DNA from: Acidobacteriota bacterium
GTDB taxonomy: Bacteria > Acidobacteriota > UBA6911 > RPQK01 > CBDDCF01
DNA: 64,000 nucleotides
Assembly: GCA_965225995.1 (NCBI GenBank)
Contig: CBDDCF010000028.1
Span: 144,983-208,982 of the forward strand
Direction: 5' to 3'
The position numbers were made by a program, and so were the translations under genes. The stretch's first letter is position 1. The number at the start of each line of letters is the position of its first letter. This document shows positions 44,985 through 56,397 of this stretch, piece after piece. A model generated the notes under the pieces. It saw nothing but the letters and a program-made list of their open reading frames with translations, did no database searches and was not told where the DNA came from.

Positions 44985-46709
44985 ATGAGAATTCCATGCA
45001 CTGCGAAGAGGCTTTCGAGCCTTATTGGATTACTTGGCCTTTCCGCGCTACTGAGTCCGGTCGAATCGGCTGCCCCTCATCCCATAGCGGGCCGCCACGG
45101 CATGGTAGTTTCTTCTCAGGCCTTGTCCTCTCTCGTAGGGATCGAGATTCTGCGTCGCGGAGGAAACGCTATTGATGCCGCCATAGCTGTCGGGTACTCA
45201 CTGGCAGTCACTCACCCCACGGCAGGAAATATCGGAGGTGGAGGGTTCATGGTCGTTCGTTTGGCCGACGGGCGGAGCATGGCTTTCGACTTCCGAGAAA
45301 GGGCTCCGGCAGCAGCCCACGATGAAATGTACCTGAATGCGGCTGGGATCTACAAGGAGCCCACCAATCACGTGGGCTACTTGTCGGTGGGAGTTCCAGG
45401 GACGGTGGCGGGATTCTTTCTTGCCCACGAAGAACTGGGAAAACTTCCCATGTCCCGGCTTCTACAGCTGGCCATCCGACAAGCGGAACGAGGGTTTCCG
45501 CTCTCCTGGTCGATGGCCAGGTCGTTCAAGAATCTGGCTCCCCGGCTGAAGGCCTATCCTGGTTCAGCCAAGAAATTTCTCAAGCCTGATCAGACGCCTT
45601 ACGAACCGGGCGAGATTTGGCGTCAGCCGGATCTGGCTCGCTCCCTGCGCCGCATCCAAAAGAAAGGTCGAGACGGATTCTACCGCGGCGAAACAGCGCG
45701 CCTGCTGGCGCAGGACATGAAGCGCAACGGGGGCATCATTACGGAACAGGATCTTGCGGATTACCAGGCTCACAAGCGGGATCCAGTTCGGGGCACTTAC
45801 CGCGGACTCGAGATTATCTCCATGCCTCCTCCCAGTTCAGGAGGAGTCGCGCTGATCGAGATGTTAAACGTCCTGGAAGGCTTTGACTTGGCCGGCTACG
45901 GGCATAGCTCAGCTCTACACATTCATTTGATGGCAGAGTCGATGCGGCGAGCCTTCGCCGATCGGGCTCAGTATCTGGGTGATCCCGACTTCAATCCAGA
46001 CATGCCGATCCAACAGCTCATGTCTAAAGCCTATGCCGCTGGTTTGCGAAAAGAGATCAGTTTGAATCGTGCCGGAATGAGCGATCCAGCCTCCTTCGAT
46101 ATTCCCCCCGAATCGGAGGAGACTACCCACTACTCAGTGATCGACTCGGCCGGAAACTCGGTCGTCGTGACTTACACGCTGGAGCAAGGTTACGGCTCGA
46201 AGATCGTTGCTCCCGGCACCGGATTCCTGCTCAACAACGAAATGGGGGACTTCAACCCACAACCCGGACTGACCAACGACAAAGGGCTGATCGGCACGCC
46301 GCCCAATCTGGTCGCCCCCGGCAAGAGGATGCTCTCTTCAATGACTCCGACCCTGGTCATCAAGGACGATCGCCCCCTGCTTCTGATCGGGTCACCCGGA
46401 GGGCGTACGATTATTAATACGGTGCTGCAAGTCGTGTTGAACGTCGCCGATTTCGAGATGGATATCGGGGAAGCAATCGCGGCTCCACGGATCCACCACC
46501 AATGGCTTCCGAACGTTCTCAACCTGGAAAAATTTGGGACAACTCGCGATACTGTCCGTCTCCTCGAGATGTTCGGACATGAAGTCAAGATTGCCACCTC
46601 CTCTCGCCGGCAGGGAAGCGCGATGGGCATCTGGGTCGATCAGGAAAACAACATCTACTACGGCTCAGCAGATCCCCGCGCCAGCGATGGCGCCGCGCGA
46701 GGTTACTGA
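44985..46709 (+). CDS. ggt: Gamma-glutamyltransferase
   Basis: Signal peptide. The Thr nucleophile sits in TTHYSVIDSAGNSV, with the conserved GGGFMVV and GSPGGRTIINTV regions. Confidence 0.9.
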   Translation: MRIPCTAKRLSSLIGLLGLSALLSPVESAAPHPIAGRHGMVVSSQALSSLVGIEILRRGGNAIDAAIAVGYSLAVTHPTAGNIGGGGFMVVRLADGRSMAFDFRERAPAAAHDEMYLNAAGIYKEPTNHVGYLSVGVPGTVAGFFLAHEELGKLPMSRLLQLAIRQAERGFPLSWSMARSFKNLAPRLKAYPGSAKKFLKPDQTPYEPGEIWRQPDLARSLRRIQKKGRDGFYRGETARLLAQDMKRNGGIITEQDLADYQAHKRDPVRGTYRGLEIISMPPPSSGGVALIEMLNVLEGFDLAGYGHSSALHIHLMAESMRRAFADRAQYLGDPDFNPDMPIQQLMSKAYAAGLRKEISLNRAGMSDPASFDIPPESEETTHYSVIDSAGNSVVVTYTLEQGYGSKIVAPGTGFLLNNEMGDFNPQPGLTNDKGLIGTPPNLVAPGKRMLSSMTPTLVIKDDRPLLLIGSPGGRTIINTVLQVVLNVADFEMDIGEAIAAPRIHHQWLPNVLNLEKFGTTRDTVRLLEMFGHEVKIATSSRRQGSAMGIWVDQENNIYYGSADPRASDGAARGY

Positions 46710-46897
46710 GGTGAAAAGTAGCCCGCGGATCTTCAAGCTGACTCATTTTCCCCAGCTTCAACCGGAGTGATTTAAAAAGCGTGGGAGGCGCCTTCCTAGG
46801 CGGCGATCCTATCGGCGATAGGATCTTCGTAGTCGGACCTGACGGTCCATTCGCAGCCTGGAGGCCCCTACACTACTGAAATCACTTCTTTTTCAGC

Positions 46898-48379
46898 TTG
46901 CAGCAAAGGTCGAGAAACACGAGTGACAGATTCATGAAAAAGACCAACCAGGACCCCTCCCCCCACCACATGACCCCCGATGAGTTCCGGGAAGCCGGCT
47001 ATCGGGTGATCGACTGGATTGCCGATTACCTGGACGAGGTCGAAGAGTATCCGGTGCTTTCCCAGGTGAAACCGGGCCAGATCCGGGAACAGCTTCCGGC
47101 TCAGGCGCCTTCCCAGGGCGAATCTCTAGATGCCATGCTCCGGGATCTGGAAAAGACCCTTCTGCCCGGAATCACACACTGGCAGTCCCCCAACTTCTTT
47201 GCCTTCTTTCCGGCCAACAGCTCAGGTCCCTCAATTCTCGGCGAATTGCTGTCCGCCGGCCTGGGAGTCCAAGGAATGCTGTGGGCAACCAGCCCGGCCT
47301 GCACCGAATTGGAGGCTCATGTCCTGGACTGGTTGGTGGAAATGCTGGACCTTCCTCCGCACTTCACCTCCAGCAACACGGGCGGCGGAGTCATTCAAGA
47401 CACCGCCTCGAGCGCCTCTCTGTGCGCCCTGTTGGCTGCTCGCGAAACCATCACGGAGTTCGAATCCAACCGGAGCGGCACCCCGGTAAACCTGGTCGCC
47501 TATACCTCAAACCAGGCCCACTCCTCTGTCGAGAAAGCGGCCCGGATCGCTGGCATCGGCTCCGACCACCTGCACTTGATCGAGGTCGACGAAAAATTCG
47601 CAATGAGTGCTCCGGCGCTGGCGAAGGCCATCAAGAAAGATCGGGAACGAGGGCTGCTTCCCTTCTTCGTTTCCACCACTTCCGGCACCACCTCTTCAAA
47701 TGCCTTCGATCCCCTGGACGAAATCGGACCCATCTGCCGGGAAAATGACTGCTGGCTACATGTAGACGCCGCCATGAGCGGCACCGCGGCCCTCTGTCCC
47801 CAGTTCCGGCATTTATTTCAAGGGCTGGAATGGGCAGACAGCTACTGCTTCAACCCCCACAAATGGATGTTCGTCAATTTCGATTGCGACTGTTTCTATG
47901 TGAAAGACCGAAGTCGACTGATAAAGACATTGAGCATCCTTCCCGAGTATCTACGGAATGCCGCCACCCAGAGTGGTGCGGTGATCGACTATCGAGATTG
48001 GCAGGTGCCTCTAGGACGGAGGTTCAGAGCCCTCAAACTCTGGATGGTGATCCGGCACTATGGAATCGAGGGACTCCAGCATCACGTCCAGGAGCATGTT
48101 CGCCTGGCCGGGCTTTTCCAGGACTGGGTCGAGGCCCATCCTGACCTGGAACTAGCGGCTCCAGCGCCACTGAACCTGGTCTGCTTTCGACATCGCGGAG
48201 GGGATGAGATTACCCAAAACATTCTTAACACCGTCAATGCCACGGGGCGCCTTTATCTCACCCATACCAAACTGAACGATCGACTCGCGATTCGCATCAG
48301 CATTGGCCAGACCCATACCGAGGAGCGACACGTGCGGGGAGCCTGGAAGGCGATTCTCGACGCTTGTCCCGGAGCGTGA
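46898..48379 (+). CDS. Group II PLP-dependent decarboxylase (aromatic-L-amino-acid / tyrosine decarboxylase family)
   Basis: PLP-lysine motif CFNPHKWMFVNFDC plus the conserved N-terminal and substrate loop regions. Confidence 0.8.
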   Translation: MQQRSRNTSDRFMKKTNQDPSPHHMTPDEFREAGYRVIDWIADYLDEVEEYPVLSQVKPGQIREQLPAQAPSQGESLDAMLRDLEKTLLPGITHWQSPNFFAFFPANSSGPSILGELLSAGLGVQGMLWATSPACTELEAHVLDWLVEMLDLPPHFTSSNTGGGVIQDTASSASLCALLAARETITEFESNRSGTPVNLVAYTSNQAHSSVEKAARIAGIGSDHLHLIEVDEKFAMSAPALAKAIKKDRERGLLPFFVSTTSGTTSSNAFDPLDEIGPICRENDCWLHVDAAMSGTAALCPQFRHLFQGLEWADSYCFNPHKWMFVNFDCDCFYVKDRSRLIKTLSILPEYLRNAATQSGAVIDYRDWQVPLGRRFRALKLWMVIRHYGIEGLQHHVQEHVRLAGLFQDWVEAHPDLELAAPAPLNLVCFRHRGGDEITQNILNTVNATGRLYLTHTKLNDRLAIRISIGQTHTEERHVRGAWKAILDACPGA

Positions 48380-48544
48380 AGCGGCTCCGAAGAGGCAAAG
48401 TAGACAAGAGAGGCCTCAGCGACTACCGGGTGGAGCAAGACATCTACGATGCGATTTCCGTCGGCGTTGGCGAATGAAGCCGCGGCGCTATGACTCGTGG
48501 GTTACCATATTGAGCTATGGTATGAGGACTGGTACACTCGCCCA

Positions 48545-48751
48545 ATGGCGACCGACGAGACGAAGATTACGGTTCAAGTCCCCCGAGAGCTACTCAAGGA
48601 GGCACAAGCCTCTAGTGGAAAAGGGATCACCGCTACTGTACGGCATGGGCTCCGTCTACTGGCAGCTCAGCACACATATCAGAAACTGCGGCGTTTGAAG
48701 GGCAAGGTGCATTTCTCCGTTTCGGTCTCGGAACTCAGAGAAGATCGATAG
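48545..48751 (+). CDS. vapB: VapB-like antitoxin (RHH/AbrB-type). The likely start is MATDETKIT, and its stop overlaps the vapC start (ATAGTG)
   Basis: Small ORF immediately upstream of, and translationally coupled to, a PIN-domain gene. Confidence 0.55.
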   Translation: MATDETKITVQVPRELLKEAQASSGKGITATVRHGLRLLAAQHTYQKLRRLKGKVHFSVSVSELREDR

Positions 48752-49128
48752 TGGTAGCTCTTGATACCAGTTCGGTCATCGCCTTTCTCCAAGGGGAAAC
48801 TGGTCCCGACGTTGCTGCAGTGGACTGGGCGCTGGAGCATTCCCAGGCCGTACTTCCGCCGGTCGTGCTGTGTGAACTCTTGAGCGATCCAAGATTGAGC
48901 GAAGAGCTCAGTGAGCTTTTCAAAAACCTACCTCAGCTGGAAATCTCGAGAGGCTTTTGGGAGCGCACTGGCCGGCTTCGCGCTCGGGTGCTCAGTCGAC
49001 GGAAGCGGGCCCACCTGGCCGACAGTCTGATTGCTCAATCTTGTCTTGATCACTCTGTACCCCTTGTGACGCGCGACAGCGATTTTCAGAACTTTGCAGA
49101 ATCATCTAGGCTGGAATTGCTGGTCTGA
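48751..49128 (+). CDS. vapC: PIN-domain toxin VapC
   Basis: Acidic PIN residues in ALDTSSVIAFL... and ...LVTRDSDF. 125 aa. Confidence 0.75.
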   Translation: MVALDTSSVIAFLQGETGPDVAAVDWALEHSQAVLPPVVLCELLSDPRLSEELSELFKNLPQLEISRGFWERTGRLRARVLSRRKRAHLADSLIAQSCLDHSVPLVTRDSDFQNFAESSRLELLV

Positions 49129-49132
49129 CCTC

Positions 49133-52100
49133 CTACTGCGTGAGGTTGGATGCTTGAGGCATGGCTACGGCGCTGTGGCTCAGCGATTGTATTACTCCGG
49201 CTTTGAACTCCAACAGCTCCTCCGGATTCGGCCGAATCCTACTCCCTGGCAGCACCAGACCAATTAAGTTGAGCGGATCGGCTGCAGAGAAGCGAATGAC
49301 CTGACCCGAATCGGGTTGTCGCCGTACGGCGCGCAGGGCCGCCACTGCTTCGGGGAGGGCGAACTGTTCCCCGGCCACACCCGCCACAAAGCGGCCGCCA
49401 CGGATCTTGCCGATCGCCTCCAGCCGACGCAGCACACGCAGGAGATCACCCCAACGTACGGAAAGCGTCTCGCGCTGAATGATGTCGCGGAACACGACAC
49501 CCCACCGGCGCAGGAGAATGCGGGCAAACTCTTCCAAATCAGGGCGCTGACTGAAAGGATCACCGGCTTGTTGGGGTGGCGTCCGCAGCAACGTCCAACG
49601 GCCGACCGACAGGTTTTGGCGACGTGCTCACTGTTCCTTCGGGAACCTCCGGCCCCGCAGCCGCTGCTTGGCGTCAAAGAGAGCTCGCAGACAGGCAAAA
49701 CCGTCAGCGGTGACCAGGCCTGCCGAGGCCAGCTCCCAGAGCGCCGTCTCGACCTCGATCGGGAGCCGTCCGGATAGTCGAACCAGATCCTGGAAAAACG
49801 ATGCTCCCCACTGCTTGAGTAGCTCTCTCATCTGTTCGGCATTGGGGGTGAGCTGGACTCCCTCCGCGTGCTCACTATTCCCATGCGACAGGCGCATCAA
49901 AAGGGCCATGTTCTGGCGGCGGAAAAACGAGACCGGCGCCAGTCGAGTGGGGCGGATCCATCGCTTGCTGAGGTCTGCCTCGACCTTAGACACCTGCGCC
50001 GGTGGTGTGAGCCGAGCCCAGGCGAACTGACCGGAGAGACAAAGTTGGTCCAGGAACTCGCTCTGATAGTCGCTGACTCGAGCCGGGAGGATGAATTTCT
50101 CCCAGGCGGCAGCCGGGATCTCCAAACCCTGGAGCTGATCGAGTGCCCAGGAGATCCCTTTGATTCCCGAGGGGGCACGATCCGAACCTACAGCTTGCCA
50201 TTCGAACAGAAAACGCACGAAATCAGCCGTCGAGACAGGTTGAATCTCTTTCCTCAGGCGACCCAGGGTTCGGCGGTGGATTCGGGCCAGCAGGCGCCGA
50301 TCACACCATTCGAGCTCGGAACTGCCCGGAGTGAACTGCCCGCGCAGGATCGCCCCCTGCGCTTCTAGAGCGTGCAGCCCTTGCTCGATGTCGAGGGGAG
50401 TAAGCCCGAGCAACCCGCACAGGGACGGGGCCGATGTGGGGCCGCACGAGGAAAGTCGGGCCTGGAGCAATTCGGCAATCGCGGCATTGCGATCCAGCTC
50501 GGAATCTCTCACCCATTGCGCTTTATCCAATTCAGCACCGGCGGCAGGGAGATTTGCCGGTTCCATCTCAGGATAGATTCTCTGCACCAGACGGAAGCGT
50601 TCCGCCGCACTCCAAAAAATAGACTCCGAGGCAGATCGGTGCTTGAAGCCGACGGCCCGACCCTGAGCAACCAGGGCTTTCAATTCCTCGTCATGAAATA
50701 CGACTTCCGAACCCGGCATGACGAGTAGGGTGAGCAGAGCATCATGGACTTCTTCCCGGTCGCGCATCGTGGGAGACGATTCTTCGGTAACCTGCCGGAT
50801 CGCTTCCGAATCCAGTTGGGCGAGGTCCTCTTCGCCCTCCGGCAAGCTACGCCGGCTTTGCACGGCCCGCGTCCGGCGCTCCTCCAACGGAGCATCATCC
50901 AGATAGGCATAGGGATTAGCGTTCAGGATCTCCTGGCTGAAGGGAGAAGGCTCGCGTGTGTCGCTGGCATGGCACTCGATCTCTCCGGGCCTCCAGTGCA
51001 CGAATGGTGGCCTCCAACCCCTCAATGTCCATCGCATCGGTCTGGCATTCCCGGAGCGTTTCCCGGATCAATGGATGGTCGGGAATCTCAATATCTCCAA
51101 CGATATGCTCGAGACAGGCCGCCTGTTCCGGGAAGATCGACGCCAGTAGATCATCCGAGCGAATACGCTGCAGCGGAGAGGGTACCTTGCGTCCCCCCTG
51201 GAAACGCAGGATGGCGAGTGAGCGGTTGGCTACCCAACGCCAGCGGGTTCCAAATAACGGAACCGCCAGCAAAGCTTGGACCAAGAGTTCGCGAGCATTG
51301 TGGGAGCGAATGTACCCGAAGACGGTCGAGAGAGGAAAGCTGTGCTGATCACTGAGAGAGAGTACGATTCCGTTCTCAGTCGCCGCGGCTTGGAGCTCGA
51401 AATTGAAAGAGCGGCAGAAACGCTTGCGCAGCGCATACCCCCAGGCCTTGTTGATACGGCTGCCAAACGGAGCGTGGAGCACCAACTGCATTCCTCCCGC
51501 TTCATCGAAGAAACGCTCCGCCACGACCCGCTTCTTGGTTGGGAGCGCTCCTAGTGCACTGTCCGGAAAGTTCCCGATGTTAATTGTCAGGGTAGTTTGC
51601 TATTGTTGGGCATGGCAAGACCCCACATTCGACTAAAGCTACCCGAACAAGATCGAAGAATACTGGAGTCCTGGTTGCGGGCTTCCAAGACCGATCGAGT
51701 CTTGGCCGAACGGGCTCAAATAATTCTGGCTTGCGGCCAGGGGCTGACGGCGACTGAAGTTGCGGAAAGGCTCTCCAAGCGGCTAATGAGTGTGCAAATG
51801 TGGCGCAGGCGCTATCTTGAGCAGGGAGTGTCAGGACTGGAGGATCGACCTCGATCGGGCCGTCCGCGGAAGCTATCGCATGCCAATGTGCGAGCTATTC
51901 TCAAAGCCACCGTTGAACGCATCCCACGGGAATCGACCTACTGGAGTGTGCGACTGATGGCCGAACACTCCGGAGTGAGCAAACATCAAGTCGCCCAGAT
52001 CTGGAAGGCAGCCGACCTGAAGCCGCATCGAGTCCGTAACTTTAAAATCAGCAACGATCCTCACTTCGCCGAAAAGGTAATCGATGTGGTGGGTCTGTAT

Positions 52101-54598
52101 ATGGATCCGCCCGACAATGCGCTGGTTCTATCCGTGGACGAGAAAACTGAGATCCAGGCTCTGGATAGAACTCAGCCGATGCTCCAGCTCAGACCGGGAC
52201 AGATCCAACGCCGGACACACGATTACAAGCGCCACGGTACAGCCAGTCTGTATGCCGCATTCGATGTGGTGACAGGTGAGGTCATGGGCCGCATCACCAA
52301 TAGGCACCGAGCCAAGGAGTTCCTGGCTTTTCTCCGCCAGATTGATCAAGCGGTCGAGCCCGAACTGGATGTCCACTTAATCCTGGACAACTCGAGCACT
52401 CATAAGACCAAGCAGGTTCAAAGCTGGCTGGCCCAGCGGCCCCGATACCACCTCCACTTTACGCCCACTAGCGCCTCCTGGCTCAATGCCGTCGAAAACT
52501 GGTTCTCACAGCTGGAGCGCCGTTCGATCTACAGAAACTCTTTCAGCAGCGTCCAAGAGTTGAGACAGGAAATCAAAAGATATATTCGGGTTCACAATCA
52601 ACGCTTGGCCAAGCCCTTCAAGTGGCGCGCCACTGCTGACTCAATCCTGGCAAAGGTCCAAAATGCTCGCGAATCGCTCGGCCACTATTAACATCGGGAA
52701 CTTATCGGACAGTGCACTAGTGCCTGGGCACCCTTGCGAATGTAGAGTGCGGCCTGCTCCGCGCCCGGGCGGCTATGCTGGCATTGCTTTTCCAGCCAGC
52801 CGACCGCCTCAGCGGGCGTTCCTCCATTCACGGCTTCCCGCACTTCGCATAAGGCATCCGAGAGCTCATCAGTGCGGCCGGGCGCTTCGCCCCTCCAGAA
52901 AGGGATCGTGGGAGGAGCTCCCTGAGCATCCTCGACCCGGACCACGGCCGATTCTACTCGTCGGATGCGCCACGAAGTGTTGCCGAGTAGAAAGATGTCA
53001 CCCCGTGAGCTTTCCACGGCGAAGTCCTCATCCAGGTTACCGACCACCTTGTCCTCGGGGTCAGTCCGGACCTGAAAGTTCGCGATGTCGGGGATGGCTC
53101 CCCCCGAGGTGAGAGCGGCCAGGCGGGCGCTTCGGCGAGCGCGTACGATTCCGTTGATACGATCCCAATGGAGATGGGCTCCGCGGCGGCCGTGGCGAGT
53201 GCTGATCCCCTCGGAAAGTACCGCCAAAATCTCCCGAAAATCGGATTCTTCCAGATCGCGATAAGGGTAGGCCCGGCGAACGCTCCGGAGTAACTCCGCC
53301 GTCTTCAAGTCTCGTTGCGAACATTCCGCCACAATCTGTTGAGCCAACACATCGAGCGGAGTAGAGGGGATCCGGATACGGTCCAGATGGCCCTGACGAA
53401 TGGCCCGAACAAGAGCGGCACACTCGACCAATTCGTCGATCGTTGTCGCGAACAATCGCCCTTTGGGAATGGCTCCCTTCCAGTGGCCGGCTCGTCCCAC
53501 CCGTTGCAATGTCAGCGCAATGGGGGGGGGTGATCCAATCTGGCAAACCAGATCAATTGTTCCCACGTCAATCCCCAACTCCAAAGAGGCCGTGGCTACG
53601 GCCACTTTCAGTTCGCCGTTCTTGAGTCGACGTTCCGCTTGCAGGCGATGCTCACGCGAGAGGCTCCCATGGTGGGCCGCAACCGCATCTTCTCCCAGGA
53701 TCTCGCTCAGCTGATGAGCCAAACGCTCGGTCAGTCGCCGGGTATTGACGAAGACCAGAGTGGTGCGGTGCCCCTCGATCAACTGGACGATTCGCGAGCA
53801 CACGTCTTCCCAAACGGTATGGCTGGCTACCGCGCTCAGTTCGCTCCCGGGAACCTCAACCGCCAGATCCATTTTTCGGCGATGCCCGACATCAACAACT
53901 TCAGCCGAGCCGGCACTTCCGGTGAGAAAACTGCTGATCGTTTCAATCGGGCGCTGTGTAGCGGAAAGTCCGATCCGTTGAAAGTCGCATCCCGTCAAGT
54001 CTCTCAGACGTTCCAGCGAGAGTGCTAGATGTGAACCCCGCTTGCTCTGAGCCACAGAGTGAATCTCGTCGACGATGACATGTCGGACAGACTCCAGCAT
54101 CTGCCGACCTGAAGCGCTGGTCAATAAAATGTAGAAAGACTCCGGGGTGGTCACCAGGATGTGGGGCGGAGTCCGAATCGCTTTTTGGCGCTCCGAGGCT
54201 TTGGTATCACCTGTTCTGACCCAGGCCCGGATCTCAGGGCAGTCCCAGCCCAGGAGCCGGGCTTCGGCACGGATTCCTTCCAGCGGCTCCAGCAGGTTCT
54301 TTTGAATGTCATTGGCCAGCGCCTTGAGAGGAGAAATATAGAGGACGCTGGTAGTGTTGGACAGGGTCTCCGATGCTGCTTCCCGAACCAGCCCGTCGAT
54401 GGCACAGAGGAACGCCGAGAGCGTCTTTCCGGAGCCGGTAGGAGCCGCAATCAGAACGTTTTTGCCCTGCTGAATCAGCGGCCATCCATCGCGCTGGGGT
54501 GCACTCGGAGTTTGAAAGGTCTTTTCGAACCAACTTGCTACCGCTGGATGAAACTGCATGAGTGACCATTGTAGATCAACGGCTCTCCAGCGGGACAT
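49133..54598 (-). pseudogene. lhr: Lhr-like large ATP-dependent DEAD/DEAH-box helicase. It is interrupted by IS630 copy B and also carries a frameshift and an in-frame TGA
   Basis: N-terminus (52720-54598): AAPTGSGKT, DEIH, helicase C. After the IS: [39 protein letters not shown] (the Lhr DEAD/H-associated domain). Pieces 50916..51524 and 49628..51037 are in different frames. The TGA at 49628 is in frame with 49133..49591. Confidence 0.8.
51552..52719 (+). mobile_element. IS630-family element, copy B, inserted at a TA inside the lhr-like gene
   Basis: TAgtgcactgtccggaaagttcccgatgttaat ... attaacatcgggaacttatcggacagtgcacTA. Transposase 51597..52691 (+). Confidence 0.85.
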
Positions 54599-55084
54599 TT
54601 GCGCCTGCCCCTCAATGCGAGAGGCCGAGATTGAGTCGTTCTAGCAGCCCGTCCCAGAAGGGTTGAGTCCGGAGGGGCTCGAAGGCAGGATCGACCCCGA
54701 TGAAGGGGAACCAGCTGGCTTTTCGCAAGTAGCCGCTCTCGAGCCACTTCCTGGCTTTTTCAAACTCACCCGCTCGAGTCCAATTCACCGCTAACAGTTA
54801 GTCTGATGAGTTCCCTTTCTGTGCCCGGTCTTCCTGGCTCGCAGCCAGAGCTCGCCAGACCGCGCGTGGTCCTTTTGCGGCTTGCTGTTCTTGAAACGAA
54901 GCGATCAGGTGGGAAGGAGCTCTCAAGAGCCGCAACTGTTCCAGGAATTGACCCTGGTTATGGCAACGCTCTCATTCTAACCCGGAAGAGCTTCTGAATT
55001 CACTCTTCATCCCGACTAAGGATTGCCGATAAACCTTTTGTTATCAACGAACTGGTAGAGCATCAAGAAACAAGACGAAAAGCA

Positions 55085-56089
55085 CTAGCGACCTTCGGTT
55101 CGGTTCTTCACAAACTCGAGAATCAACTCTAGATAGCGATCTGGATCGGTTCTCCAGGCGGCCCCGTGCCTGGCTTCTGGAAAGAAAGAGATTTCCTTGT
55201 TCGAGTGAGGAATCGCCTCCAAGACCGCCTCTGCGGTTGCTCTCGGCATGCGCTGGTCTGCTTCGCCATAGACCAGTAGGATCGGCACCGCTGCTGCTGA
55301 TTCGAAACCGAGGCGGCAATCGAGCTGGTCGCCGTCATAGCCGTTGAGCCGGGTCAGTTCCCACCGGAAGAAGTTCGAAAAAGGAAAAGCAGGAATTCCC
55401 AGGAGCAATCTCGCATGCTGGTCGACTGTTTCCTTCAGGCTCAGAAATGGACTATCAGCCACCGCCCCAATCAGATCAGGCCCAGCTTCAGGCAATGCCA
55501 GAATGCAGGCGGTGGCCCCCATCGAGACTCCCATCAGGATGACCCCCACCGAGGAATCTGCGCGTATGAAGTCGTAGGCCCCGAGCACGTCCATCCGCTC
55601 CATATACCCGAGAGAGGTCTTGTTCCCTTCGCTCCTTCCGTGCTGGCGCAGATCGAAGACGAGAGTGCCAAAACCCTCCTGATTCAAGCGACATCCTCGT
55701 TCGCTTACCTCCTTACGATCTCGGAAGAGGCCGTGGGTAATGACAAAGATCGGCCGATCTTCCCTCCCCGGCATCCACCAACCAGACAGGTGAAGTCCGT
55801 CGCGACTGAAGAACGAGACATCCTCGAAGGCACAACCATAGCTTTCCGGCGTGTCGGTCAGTTCGAGGTCGAAGCCGCGGGTCCCGAAGCCCGTAACCTG
55901 ATTGGCCATCAGGATCGGGAATCCGAAGAAGATAATAGTGGGGGCTACCAGCACGTAGGTCAAGGCACACCACTTGAAGACCTTCTTGGTGCGCCCCCGT
56001 CGCCCTGTCAGACGGATCACAAGCCCGATCAGGCCCGCCACAATCAAGAAAACGACAGCGATGACGGTGAAAGCGACGAGTAGAAACAC
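55085..56089 (-). CDS. Alpha/beta-hydrolase family protein with an N-terminal membrane anchor
   Basis: Two N-terminal TM helices, GVSMGA (GxSxG) and HGxxxxR. Esterase/lipase-like. Confidence 0.65.
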   Translation of the reverse strand: MFLLVAFTVIAVVFLIVAGLIGLVIRLTGRRGRTKKVFKWCALTYVLVAPTIIFFGFPILMANQVTGFGTRGFDLELTDTPESYGCAFEDVSFFSRDGLHLSGWWMPGREDRPIFVITHGLFRDRKEVSERGCRLNQEGFGTLVFDLRQHGRSEGNKTSLGYMERMDVLGAYDFIRADSSVGVILMGVSMGATACILALPEAGPDLIGAVADSPFLSLKETVDQHARLLLGIPAFPFSNFFRWELTRLNGYDGDQLDCRLGFESAAAVPILLVYGEADQRMPRATAEAVLEAIPHSNKEISFFPEARHGAAWRTDPDRYLELILEFVKNRTEGR

Positions 56090-56397
56090 CCGCGCATTCT
56101 TTCAGATTCGGGGTGCAATGAGAAGGTCACTATTCGACATTGTTGAGATCCTTTGCCTGCGAGTACAGGAGCCGAGCCGTTTGCTGCCCAGCCTTGAACG
56201 CCAAATTGCCGATTTGGTAGGATCCCCTTGTACATCTGGAGGCAGGGAGGATTTCGGCCCACTTGCGTAGGCCGGAATGGATGCCCGGTTGATCCAGCGA
56301 GGCCGCCAGCAGGAAGGGCAGCGGCCGGCAAACCAACGAGAGCTCGACAGAAACGGCCCCAATCGTCACCGCAACTCGGATCCGTCAACCACACGCC

